This document shows, in pieces, positions 28,573-37,595 of a DNA stretch of 46,852 nt. Under the pieces are notes generated by a model that was not told the DNA's origin, ran no database searches, and saw only the letters and a list, made by a program, of their open reading frames with translations. Source of the stretch: Candidatus Caldarchaeales archaeon (GTDB lineage Archaea > Thermoproteota > Nitrososphaeria_A > Caldarchaeales > Wolframiiraptoraceae); contig JBCNVN010000006.1 in NCBI GenBank assembly GCA_039630055.1, positions 1 through 46,852 on the forward strand, read 5' to 3'. The position numbers and the translations under genes are program-made. How positions within the stretch are numbered: the stretch's first letter is position 1; every line of letters begins with the position of its first letter.

Positions 28573-29421
28573 ATGAGGAGACAATCTATTTTTGCAGTTA
28601 TAATAACCATACTCGGTTGGACTACTGTTTTCTTCTATCTACTACCATTCATATGGATGATTGGAACTTCTTTTAAACCGATAGGTGAATGGGGTCTACC
28701 TATCCTTTATCCACAAAATCCGACCTTAAGAAACTATGTCGAGGTCCTAATTACAGGCGGGATTTATGGAGTACGAGGCCACTTTCCTCCAATATTTAAA
28801 TATCTAATTAATAGTATCATAGTCTCCGTATGCGTAGCATTTGTTACCAGCTTTCTCGGCGCCATGACAGGATATGCATTATTAAGGTATAAAGTTGGAG
28901 GCACGGGTTTCGCAAATTGGATTCTCAGTTTAAGAATGATTCCACCAGTAGCAGTCTTATATCCTCTAGTGATCATGACTAAGACAGTAGGCTTACACGA
29001 TACCCTTGGAGGGCTTGTTTTAATATATCCACTTATCACGATACCAATAACGACATGGTTTATGATAGGTGCATTTAGAAATGTTCCGAAAGATACAGAG
29101 GAGGCAGCACTTCTCGATGGCTGTAGCGAATTACAAGTGTTCTACAAGATCGTATTACCACAGGCTACTGCAGGTTTAGCGACGGCATATATTTTTGCCT
29201 TTCTATTTAGCTGGTTTGAATTTCTGATACCATTATTACTAGCACCAAGTGAGAAAGCCATGCCTTTAACAGTCTTCGCAGCTTACTTCTCGAATCAATA
29301 TGGAATATTATGGGGGCCACTATCAGCCGCGGGAGTAATAATCTCAGTTCCAGTAATCGTATTAGCGATCTTGATTAGAAAATATATTATCAGAGGTCTT
29401 ACGATGGGCTTTGTACGTTGA
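28573..29421 (+). CDS. Carbohydrate ABC transporter permease (CUT1, MalG-like)
   Basis: TSFKP, PTLRNY, RMIPP, EEAALLDGCS and RGLTMGFVR. Confidence 0.93.
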   Translation: MRRQSIFAVIITILGWTTVFFYLLPFIWMIGTSFKPIGEWGLPILYPQNPTLRNYVEVLITGGIYGVRGHFPPIFKYLINSIIVSVCVAFVTSFLGAMTGYALLRYKVGGTGFANWILSLRMIPPVAVLYPLVIMTKTVGLHDTLGGLVLIYPLITIPITTWFMIGAFRNVPKDTEEAALLDGCSELQVFYKIVLPQATAGLATAYIFAFLFSWFEFLIPLLLAPSEKAMPLTVFAAYFSNQYGILWGPLSAAGVIISVPVIVLAILIRKYIIRGLTMGFVR

Positions 29422-30237
29422 TCTCCTATAACAGGTTAAGTCTCTAAAAACGATTTACATAAATTTCTAAAGTGTGGTAGCTGATTTAAAAGTTATAAGG
29501 AACCTTAATACTAATCGCGGGTCTTCTATTATATACCGTTTTCAATTAATAGATACCATAGAATATATCGGCGAAGAGTGACTAATCTATGGTTATGGAG
29601 AGATTGTTACTTCATTATTTCCTGAGATGGAAGTACTAGTGATGGCATCATCAATTATTTTATTTCCAGATACTTCACAACTATAAATATCTCTTTACTA
29701 GAGGTAAAGCTTGTTTATATGATATGAGAAGATATCTTTCTTTAGAGTCATGAAGAGTATAGACATAAATGAATGTTTTAACAACATTCCTCTCCTTTTC
29801 GATATCTTTTTCGTAAAGACATGTATAGATTTTCCACCAAAAAGTTTTTGACTCCTAGATATGACTTCCCGTGAAAATCATCCACTACGAGATCATCTTC
29901 TAAAATTTCTCTTCTCGAGTCTGCTCAGAGTTATAATTACATAGTTTGTGCTCGGATTCATTTACTGACGACTTAAAAGATACTCTAATAGAACCTTTAT
30001 CAAAGAGAGTTTAAAACATGTAAGACATCTTACTAGGTAACTTTATCGACCGATCCTCTTTCAGTATTAATATATTTTATATTCCGAAATTAAACTATGT
30101 TACATGATCTAGATTTTAAAATACCGTTTATGTACCAATCAACCTACTCTCCTATACGTAATATTTAGGAGTCTAAAATAAATTTATGTTATTATGATGG
30201 TTAAAATATGAGTCAAATCTATAGAAGAGAATGAATA

Positions 30238-32229
30238 ATGAAGGAAAAGGATGAGTTGATTATACATACGATAAGGTTTATGAGTGTAGATCAGGTAGAG
30301 GCCGCTAAGTCTGGGCATCCAGGGGCACCTTTAGGAGCAGCACATATTGCATACCTGATATTCGATAGGTTTTTGAAGTTTAATCCAAAGAATCCGAAGT
30401 GGATAGATCGTGACAGATTTATACTATCTGCAGGTCATGCTAGCGCGTTGCTCTACTCACTTCTCTTCGTGAATGGCTACGACATAACTCTAGAAGACTT
30501 GAAAAGATTTAGACAGCTGGATAGTATAACTCCAGGTCATCCTGAGAGTATACTGACGCCTGGAGTAGAGGTTACTTCTGGTCCACTAGGCCAAGGATTT
30601 GGAAATAGTGTAGGCATGGCTATAGCTGAGAAATATCTCTCAAACTATTTTAATAGAGATGGATTCAACATCATAGATCACTATACATATGTATTTGCAA
30701 GTGATGGAGACTTGATGGAAGGCGTTTCTACTGAGAGTGCTGCGCTTGCTGGGCACTTCAAACTCCACAAACTCATAGTCATCTGGGACAATAACAAGGT
30801 TACTATCGATGGACCTACATCTCTAGCATGGTCAGAGAATGTTTTAGAACGATTTGATGCATTAGGATGGTATGTGCAAGATATAGAGGATGGATACAAT
30901 CTTTCTAAGATAGAGGATGCTATAAGGAATGCGAGAGCACAGGGTAAGAGACCATCCTTTATAGCGGTTAGAACTCACATAGGTTATGGAAGTAGACTAC
31001 AAGATGATTGCCGTGTACATGGTGCTCCACTTGGAAAAGAATTGGTTGAAGAATTAAAGAGCAAATTCAATTGGCCCCATGAACCATTCTACGTCTCTGA
31101 GGAGGTGTGGAGATATAGAGAGCAGAAGATTCTCGAAGGAAGGAAGAGGGAAGAAGAATGGATAAATCTACTATCTAGGTATAGAGAACGTTTCCCCGAT
31201 CTAGCTCAATTACTGATTAGATGTTTTAATCGTGATTGGGGTGAAGAGTACAAAAAGTATTTACCTGTATTCAATGAGGCTATGGCCACCCGTGCTGCAA
31301 GCGGTAAAGTCTTGAACGCTATAGCAAAGTATATTCCAACTATGATAAGTGGGTCTGCAGACCTCTTCGAATCGACCAATACCTACCTACATGGGTTGGG
31401 TGATTTTCAAGCAGACAACCCTCTAGGTAGAAATATACACTATGGTGTAAGAGAGCATGCTATGGGTGCTATAATGAATGGTATGGCTTATCATGGGGGG
31501 ATACTACCATATGGAGGCACCTTCCTCGTATTCTCAGATTACATGAGACCAACTATAAGATTAGCGGCCATGGCAGGTCTTCAAGTAATCTATGTCTTCA
31601 GTCATGACTCACTGTGGATAGGAGAAGACGGCCCAACACATCAAGCTGTTGAGCACCTCTCTTCTCTAAGACTCATACCTAATCTATGGGTTATACGTCC
31701 ATGTGATCCAAACGAGGTATCGGTTGCCTGGAGTATAGCGATAGAGAGAAAAGATGGTCCGACAGCTATAATACTGACAAGACAGAAAGTACCGGTTTTG
31801 GATAGAAGCATTTATCCTTCTGCCGATAATATAAGACGTGGTGCCTATATACTTGTAGAAGCATCCAGTAAACCAGACCTATTGCTCATTGGATCGGGAT
31901 CTGAAGTACATCTTGCATTGGAGGCCAAGACAATATTGGAGAGGATGGGCTTAAAGATATCTGTAGTCAACATGGCCTCCTTTGAATTATTTGAAATACA
32001 AGATAAAGAATATAGGAGGAGGGTCATCCCAAAAGATGTGAGGAAGGTGGCCATAGAGGCGGGAAGAAGTTTATGCTGGCATAGATATGTTGGGGAAGAT
32101 GGTTTAGTGATAGGGGTTGAGAGATTTGGTAAATCAGCTCCATATCAAGATCTAATGAAAGATTTTGGATTTACAGGTGAAAAGATAGTTGAGAAAATAC
32201 TAAAACACTACAATCTTTTAGAAAGATAA
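30238..32229 (+). CDS. tkt: Transketolase, single-chain bacterial type
   Basis: SGHPG, RDRFILSAGH, TPGHPE, GPLGQG, ThDP motif SDGDLMEG...NN, YGVREHAM and GEDGPTHQ; 663 aa. Confidence 0.95.
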   Translation: MKEKDELIIHTIRFMSVDQVEAAKSGHPGAPLGAAHIAYLIFDRFLKFNPKNPKWIDRDRFILSAGHASALLYSLLFVNGYDITLEDLKRFRQLDSITPGHPESILTPGVEVTSGPLGQGFGNSVGMAIAEKYLSNYFNRDGFNIIDHYTYVFASDGDLMEGVSTESAALAGHFKLHKLIVIWDNNKVTIDGPTSLAWSENVLERFDALGWYVQDIEDGYNLSKIEDAIRNARAQGKRPSFIAVRTHIGYGSRLQDDCRVHGAPLGKELVEELKSKFNWPHEPFYVSEEVWRYREQKILEGRKREEEWINLLSRYRERFPDLAQLLIRCFNRDWGEEYKKYLPVFNEAMATRAASGKVLNAIAKYIPTMISGSADLFESTNTYLHGLGDFQADNPLGRNIHYGVREHAMGAIMNGMAYHGGILPYGGTFLVFSDYMRPTIRLAAMAGLQVIYVFSHDSLWIGEDGPTHQAVEHLSSLRLIPNLWVIRPCDPNEVSVAWSIAIERKDGPTAIILTRQKVPVLDRSIYPSADNIRRGAYILVEASSKPDLLLIGSGSEVHLALEAKTILERMGLKISVVNMASFELFEIQDKEYRRRVIPKDVRKVAIEAGRSLCWHRYVGEDGLVIGVERFGKSAPYQDLMKDFGFTGEKIVEKILKHYNLLER

Positions 32230-32395
32230 GATGCCATCTACTTTCTCTCTTCTGTTACTGTAACTTGATAGATGATGATACTAGCTTTTCAACATACTGA
32301 AACTTTTCACATTTGAAGTTTGATATAACATCTACAAATGAATTTATTGTATGGAGACCCTTAAATACTGGTTGTAGTAATATTACCGAACTGAT

Positions 32396-33331
32396 ATGAA
32401 AATATTTCTAGATACAGCAGATATAGATGAGATTAAATTTGCGATGTCTCTAGGTGTTATCGATGGTGTAACGACCAATCCATCTCTAATAAAGCAGGCA
32501 GTTGAGAAAAGAGAAAAGATAGAAATGGAAGAATATATCAAGAATATACTACAGGTAACTCCCGGTCCTGTAAGCCTAGAGGTTATCAGTACAACTTATG
32601 AAGAGATGGTTGAAGAAGCATCCATTCTCTATGAGAAGTTTAAGAAATATGGGCAGCCTGTAATCAAGATACCCATATGTTCAAGCATAGATGGCGTGAA
32701 CAATATCTATGATGGTTTGAAGGCCATTAAAGAGCTGTCCAATCTAGGCATACCTGTAAATGCCACGCTAGTCATGTCTTCTGAACAGGCATTTTTAGCA
32801 GCAAAGGCTGGTGCAACATATGTTAGCCCATTCGCAGGTAGGATAGACGATTATCTAAGAGATAGGCTAGGTATGAAGAGGGGTAGAGACTATCAGAAGT
32901 CAGACTATTATGATTTCAATCTAATGAGGAATCTAGAGAAAAGGCTGGTCGACAGAGTACTTTCATCTAAGAATCTTAATTCTCTTAAAGAAGTCTATAT
33001 GGATAGTGAAGTTAAACAGGCTATATCGATATTGAACGATAACGGTGTTTATAGTGGTGTAGACCTCGTCAAATCAATCGTAACGATCTTCAAAAACTAT
33101 GGTCTTAAATCTGAGATAATCGCATCAAGTATAAGAAATTCTAGACAGGTTAGAGAGATGGCCGAGATAGGCGTACACATAGTGACAATACCCTTCTACG
33201 TCCTGAGAGAGATGTTGATCCATCATAAGACGATAGAGGGAATAAACGATTTCGTAAAAGACGTAGTCGAACCATATAGGAAAATCTTCCAAAAGAAACG
33301 TATAGACGAGCCGATTAGAACTTATATATAG
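32396..33331 (+). CDS. tal: Transaldolase (TalC/Fsa-like subfamily) with a large internal insertion
   Basis: FLDTA, GVTTNPS, Schiff-base VIKIP and SPFAGRIDD. Glu in SLEV and Phe in SPF indicate transaldolase rather than fructose-6-phosphate aldolase. Confidence 0.9.
   Translation: MKIFLDTADIDEIKFAMSLGVIDGVTTNPSLIKQAVEKREKIEMEEYIKNILQVTPGPVSLEVISTTYEEMVEEASILYEKFKKYGQPVIKIPICSSIDGVNNIYDGLKAIKELSNLGIPVNATLVMSSEQAFLAAKAGATYVSPFAGRIDDYLRDRLGMKRGRDYQKSDYYDFNLMRNLEKRLVDRVLSSKNLNSLKEVYMDSEVKQAISILNDNGVYSGVDLVKSIVTIFKNYGLKSEIIASSIRNSRQVREMAEIGVHIVTIPFYVLREMLIHHKTIEGINDFVKDVVEPYRKIFQKKRIDEPIRTYI
33321..33330 (+). promoter_or_regulatory. TATA box for rnpB, overlapping the tal stop codon
   Basis: CTTATATATA about 20-30 nt upstream of the RNase P RNA 5' end. 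Confidence 0.55.
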
Positions 33332-33349
33332 AGTAAGAATAGGATCGTA

Positions 33350-33658
33350 TTGGTGGCGAGCGGCGGGGCGGGTCACGGGGAGCTCCCGAGGAAGTTCCTC
33401 CCCCGTGAAAGCAGGTGGCGTCGTGAGACGCTGGGGGAGACCCCAGGCAACACATCAGAGACGAGACCCCTCCACCTATTATGGAGATGATGCGGCAGGT
33501 CCTAGCCGTTGATTAGAGTAGGTGGAGAGTGGTTGAAACGGGTGGCCCACCTGGGGAAAGGCTGGAAGCTGATGAACATGCTTTCGTGAAGCTTCCAAGA
33601 TCCGACTAGACGGATCCCGCCTAAAAACAGAAGGAGGGCTACCGCCGCACGCCACCAA
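33350..33658 (+). ncRNA. rnpB: Archaeal RNase P RNA, type A
   Basis: P1 GGTGGCG-A-GCGGCGG pairs with CCGCCGC-A-CGCCACC. CR-I GAGGAAGTTCCTCC (33388) pairs with CR-V AACAGAAGGAGGGCT (33626). P7 CAGGTGG/CCACCTG, P8 and P9 GNRA hairpins, long P12, GTTGAAACG and P6 GAAAGCA (33407)/TGCTTTC (33579) are present. Strongly GC-rich. Confidence 0.95.
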
Positions 33659-34219
33659 AAATTTGAAATATCTATAACTTGTAAGAGTTGCAATACTTAA
33701 TCTCCGATACGTGGATGTTCACAAGTAGGGTCTTAAAAGTCGTGGATTACAACAATAATCGATGATTATCCTCTGACCATATAGTCGTTCAACAATCTTA
33801 TCCAATCTTTTCCGGTGATTCTCTAATAGATAGATTTCCCATCCCAGCTTCTCGATTATGTAGTATTATCTCAACTTCTCTACATATAATGTATGTTTTG
33901 AAGATAGTTCTATGAAATCTCCCATCTCTACGAATCAGAATCAATATCTTCTTGAGAAATATTTTATTACAGTACTCTAGGATATCATTGTGTAGGATGA
34001 TACTTGAAAACTCTCTCATCTATAGACAAGGATGGAGAATAATATGCATCTAGCTACCATGATGTGTCAGTCTATCTTGAACATCTAAACTGTAACTATC
34101 CAACCATCCATCAACCTAAACCACTTCTCCACCAATTAGGGCTAGAACGGTTACCCTATATCTTCTCTCACTACTCCCAGCTAGTGAACTTTAAGATAAG
34201 TTAAGACATTCAACACTAT

Positions 34220-34984
34220 TTAGGCCATCCTTCCAGATGGAAGCCAGTATAACTTCATCTTCACCCAATTCTCCACAGCATCTATGTAAGGCATCTTGTA
34301 AACGTATTCTCTTAAGAATCTTACATGTTCTCTAACAAGCTTCTTCAATATTTCTTCATCAATCTTACCTATTGTTATTAGCCTCTTCATCATCTCTATC
34401 GGTGTGAAATGGTATGGTTGGCTAAGATATCTTATCCAAGTGTTTATTCCAGACTCGATCAATCGCTTCTTGATATATCTTGCCTCGAAACCGGTGACAC
34501 ATAGTATCCTCTCATAGCCTCCTGCTATCTTGATTATTTTATTAATCTCTCTATTCCATCTCTCGGATTCTTCCTTCCCAGACCTTTCCAAGACCTTGAC
34601 CCAATCCTCTACATTGATCTTTTCTCTAATAGCTTCTCTAAGGGTGAGGAGAGCTATCTCTATAGATGTATTAGCTATTTCTCTAAATGATTCATCGTCA
34701 AGATAACAGTATACATCTATCATTCCACCAATACTTGGTAGCTCTCCCAACAATATTTCAAGCTCTTTTAACCATGTACTTTTAGGCTCTGGAAATAGTT
34801 CATAAGCTCTATATAAGAACTCATCATAATCAATCTCACCTCTACCAAGACTATTTATAGAGTCTTCAATACTTTCTGGTAGATTTAGTAAGAGTGCTTG
34901 AGGCCGCAGTCTTCTCACAATCTCTAAAGCTTCTTCGACGGCTCTTCTTGTCGGAGGCTTAACTAGTAGACCAGCCTCAACCAT
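34220..34984 (-). CDS. Hypothetical protein
   Basis: 254-aa ORF with typical thermophile E/K/R/I composition; no motif confidently recognised. Confidence 0.75.
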   Translation of the reverse strand: MVEAGLLVKPPTRRAVEEALEIVRRLRPQALLLNLPESIEDSINSLGRGEIDYDEFLYRAYELFPEPKSTWLKELEILLGELPSIGGMIDVYCYLDDESFREIANTSIEIALLTLREAIREKINVEDWVKVLERSGKEESERWNREINKIIKIAGGYERILCVTGFEARYIKKRLIESGINTWIRYLSQPYHFTPIEMMKRLITIGKIDEEILKKLVREHVRFLREYVYKMPYIDAVENWVKMKLYWLPSGRMA

Positions 34985-35149
34985 CTTCTAACCAAAAAAT
35001 GCTTAGGAATAATTTAAGGAATGATTCCACATCAGTAGACATGATAGATTCTGGATAGTTTATCATTCCAGTTCTATAATTAAAGGAAGATTAAAATTCA
35101 AGGATATGAGATAAGTGGTCGAAGACATTGACATTGGAGGAATTAGTGT

Positions 35150-35521
35150 ATGAGTAAAGTATCGTCAAAACCTAGAAAACAGAGAAGACGTCTTTACAAT
35201 ACTCCATATCATAAACTCTCTAAACTGTTATCAGCCCACCTTTCTCCAAAGTTGAGAGAGAAGTATAAGAGGAGATCGTTCTCTGTAAGAGTAGGCGATA
35301 CGGTGAAGATTCTTAGAGGAGAGTATAAAGGGGTAGAGGGAAAAGTAATCGGCGTCGATCGTAAGAGACAGTACGTATATGTTGAGAACATAACTATGAA
35401 GAAGGCTGATGGATCTACTAAGCCCCGCCCCATCCATGTCTCAAAAGTTATGATAATGGATCTAAAGCTAGATGATAAGTATAGAGAGTCTGCGATAACG
35501 AGAGGTAAAGAGGTTGGATGA
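35150..35521 (+). CDS. rpl24: 50S ribosomal protein L24 (uL24, archaeal)
   Basis: SSKPRKQR, SAHLSPKLREKY, VRVGDTVKILRG (KOW) and PIHVSKV. Confidence 0.96.
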   Translation: MSKVSSKPRKQRRRLYNTPYHKLSKLLSAHLSPKLREKYKRRSFSVRVGDTVKILRGEYKGVEGKVIGVDRKRQYVYVENITMKKADGSTKPRPIHVSKVMIMDLKLDDKYRESAITRGKEVG

Positions 35522-35524
35522 AAG

Positions 35525-36256
35525 ATGCCGCATCTCAAGAGATTAGCATCACCTCCCCATCTAAAGATAAAAGTGAAAGAACATGTATTCACTGTAGCTC
35601 CCAGTTCTGGACCCCATCGGAAAGATGAATGCATCCCATTACTCCTATTGATTAGAGATTATCTAGGATATGCTGAGAATGCTGGAGAAGCGAAGAAGAT
35701 CATAAAGATGGGGGAGATCTACGTTGATGGGAGGATTGTGAGAGATTATAAATATCCTCTAGGTCTAATGGATGTAGTATCAATACCAAAGACTGGAGAA
35801 AACTATCGTATCCTTCCAATATATAGGAGGGGTTTATCTCCAATCGAGATCCCACGTGAAGAGTCTGGGATAAAGCTTGGGAGAGTTATTAGAAAGATGC
35901 ATGTCTCTGGAGCGAGGCTTCAATTTACCCTACACGATGGTAGAAACATACTATTCAGAGAAGCATCAGAAGATGCGCGGAGAATAAATACTAAAGATAC
36001 TTTGAAGATATCTGTACCCAGCCAGACGATACTAGACCATATAAAACTAGAAGAAGGATTCTATGGATTGATAGTGAGAGGTCCTAAACAAGGATTATAT
36101 GGGTTGATAGCTGAGATTAAACGTGATGTACCATATCCTTCGAAGGCCACGGTAAAGCTTTCGGGAACCCAGATTGGAGAAGTATCAACGATCTTAGATT
36201 ACTTGATGGTTATAGGAAGAGAGAAGCCGGAGATATCTATGCCTCGACCCACCTAG
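35525..36256 (+). CDS. rps4e: 30S ribosomal protein S4e (eS4)
   Basis: HLKRLASP, PSSGPH, IPLLLLIRDYL, VDGRIVRDYKYPLGLMDV and LHDGRN. Confidence 0.96.
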   Translation: MPHLKRLASPPHLKIKVKEHVFTVAPSSGPHRKDECIPLLLLIRDYLGYAENAGEAKKIIKMGEIYVDGRIVRDYKYPLGLMDVVSIPKTGENYRILPIYRRGLSPIEIPREESGIKLGRVIRKMHVSGARLQFTLHDGRNILFREASEDARRINTKDTLKISVPSQTILDHIKLEEGFYGLIVRGPKQGLYGLIAEIKRDVPYPSKATVKLSGTQIGEVSTILDYLMVIGREKPEISMPRPT

Positions 36257-36404
36257 CTGACCATAATCTCAAAATCTACAAGATCCTTAAGATTCTCCAT
36301 CAATAGATAATATTCGTGGCCCCGATAAGGCTCCAAATATCTTAACAATGTACAGAGGGCTTTAATCCTATATATCGGTCTTACTCCCTATCTTAACAGT
36401 TCTC

Positions 36405-36440
36405 ATAGTATTTGATATAGTATTTGATATAGTATTTGAT
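36405..36440. repeat. Tandem repeat (ATAGTATTTGAT)x3
   Basis: Three perfect 12-bp units, then a degenerate TCAGTAT. Confidence 0.85.
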
Positions 36441-36540
36441 TCAGTATATTTTAGGATAGAGAAGATTCTGTAAGTAGGTTTTCCGACAATCTTGTCCATA
36501 GCAGATGTGAAATGTCATTGGACGATGGAGAATGGTATGA

Positions 36541-36801
36541 TTATTGGCCGGAGATCTCTATCGTAAGGTTTCTTGGAATTCTTCCACCAGCTATCTCCTT
36601 GACTAATCCTCCAGCGACCTTATAAGCTATCGTGAGTGAAGTTATTGCCAATGTCTCAACTCCCTCTTTATCCAAGCCGCCTCCAACCCTCTCACCAACT
36701 AATTCAAGAAGTCTATCTTTAAGGACTTTATGCTTCTCTAGGAATCTTCTTATCCTATCCAGATCTTCACTTCCCACTTCTACCGTAATCTTCATTGACA
36801 C
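36541..36801 (-). CDS. Small hypothetical protein, possible ribbon-helix-helix-like N-terminus
   Basis: 86 aa; MKITVEV (alternating beta pattern) followed by amphipathic helix SEDLDRIRRFLEK; composition looks coding. Confidence 0.55.
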   Translation of the reverse strand: MSMKITVEVGSEDLDRIRRFLEKHKVLKDRLLELVGERVGGGLDKEGVETLAITSLTIAYKVAGGLVKEIAGGRIPRNLTIEISGQ

Positions 36802-37032
36802 TAGGTAGAGAAATCTACAATATAAGAATACTCTTAAGGAGAATCGTTATCTACATTTATAGAAGATAGATATGGTATTGAAATCGGAGAAAAGTTCTTC
36901 TAAATGATGTAATCATCGGTACCGGTTGATAATAATTTTATTTGTTAAGATAAGTGAGAGCATGATGATAATATGGAGCATTCTGTATGATAAAGTATAT
37001 TAAGGGAGATAATGTTTAGAAACCTAGTAAAA

Positions 37033-37554
37033 ATGCAGAAATTAGAGAATCCTATGAGGAAGATTCGGATAGAAAAGGTTGTAGTCAACTCGTCTATCGG
37101 TAAGAGTGGCGCCGTCCTCGAGAGAGCGGCCAAGATAATAGAGATGCTTACAGGTCAGAAGCCGGTATTGAGAAAGGCTAAGAAAACTATTAGAGGCTTC
37201 GGAATACATCGTGGAGAACCTATAGCGGTAATGGTAACTCTGAGAAGGGAGAAGGCTCGAAGCTTCCTAGAGAAGGCTCTCGCAGCGGTAAGATACAATA
37301 TCAATGAAGGTAGTTTTGATAAGTATGGTAACCTCTCATTCGGGATCAAGGAACACTTAGATATTCCGGGGACAAAATATAATCCTGAACTCGGAGTTAT
37401 AGGAATGGATGTAATAGTTCATGTATCGAGACCTGGGAGAAGAGTGATGCTTAGAGGTAGGGCCAGGTCGAAGATTGGTAGAAAACACTTGGTAACAAGG
37501 GAAGAGTCTATCAAGTTCTTCCAAGAAGAATTCGGAGTAAATATAGTATCATGA
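37033..37554 (+). CDS. rpl5: 50S ribosomal protein L5 (uL5, archaeal)
   Basis: NPMRKIRIEKVVVN, LTGQKP, FGIHRGEPIA, VTLR, FDKYGNLSFGIKEH and YNPELGVIGMD. Start 37033 or 37012. Confidence 0.96.
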   Translation: MQKLENPMRKIRIEKVVVNSSIGKSGAVLERAAKIIEMLTGQKPVLRKAKKTIRGFGIHRGEPIAVMVTLRREKARSFLEKALAAVRYNINEGSFDKYGNLSFGIKEHLDIPGTKYNPELGVIGMDVIVHVSRPGRRVMLRGRARSKIGRKHLVTREESIKFFQEEFGVNIVS

Positions 37555-37595
37555 TGATAGTTTAAAAATGATGAGTAGTAGTCTTTATCTTTATT

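Noticed and set aside
32852-33043. Transaldolase insertion as an intein or intron
   Set aside because: No C/S start or HN-C/S/T end, too short, and the reading frame is continuous.
33502-33693. 63-aa minus-strand ORF
   Set aside because: Antisense to the RNase P RNA.
33798-34019. 73-aa minus-strand ORF
   Set aside because: No recognisable motif or supporting signals; could be a remnant but cannot be supported.
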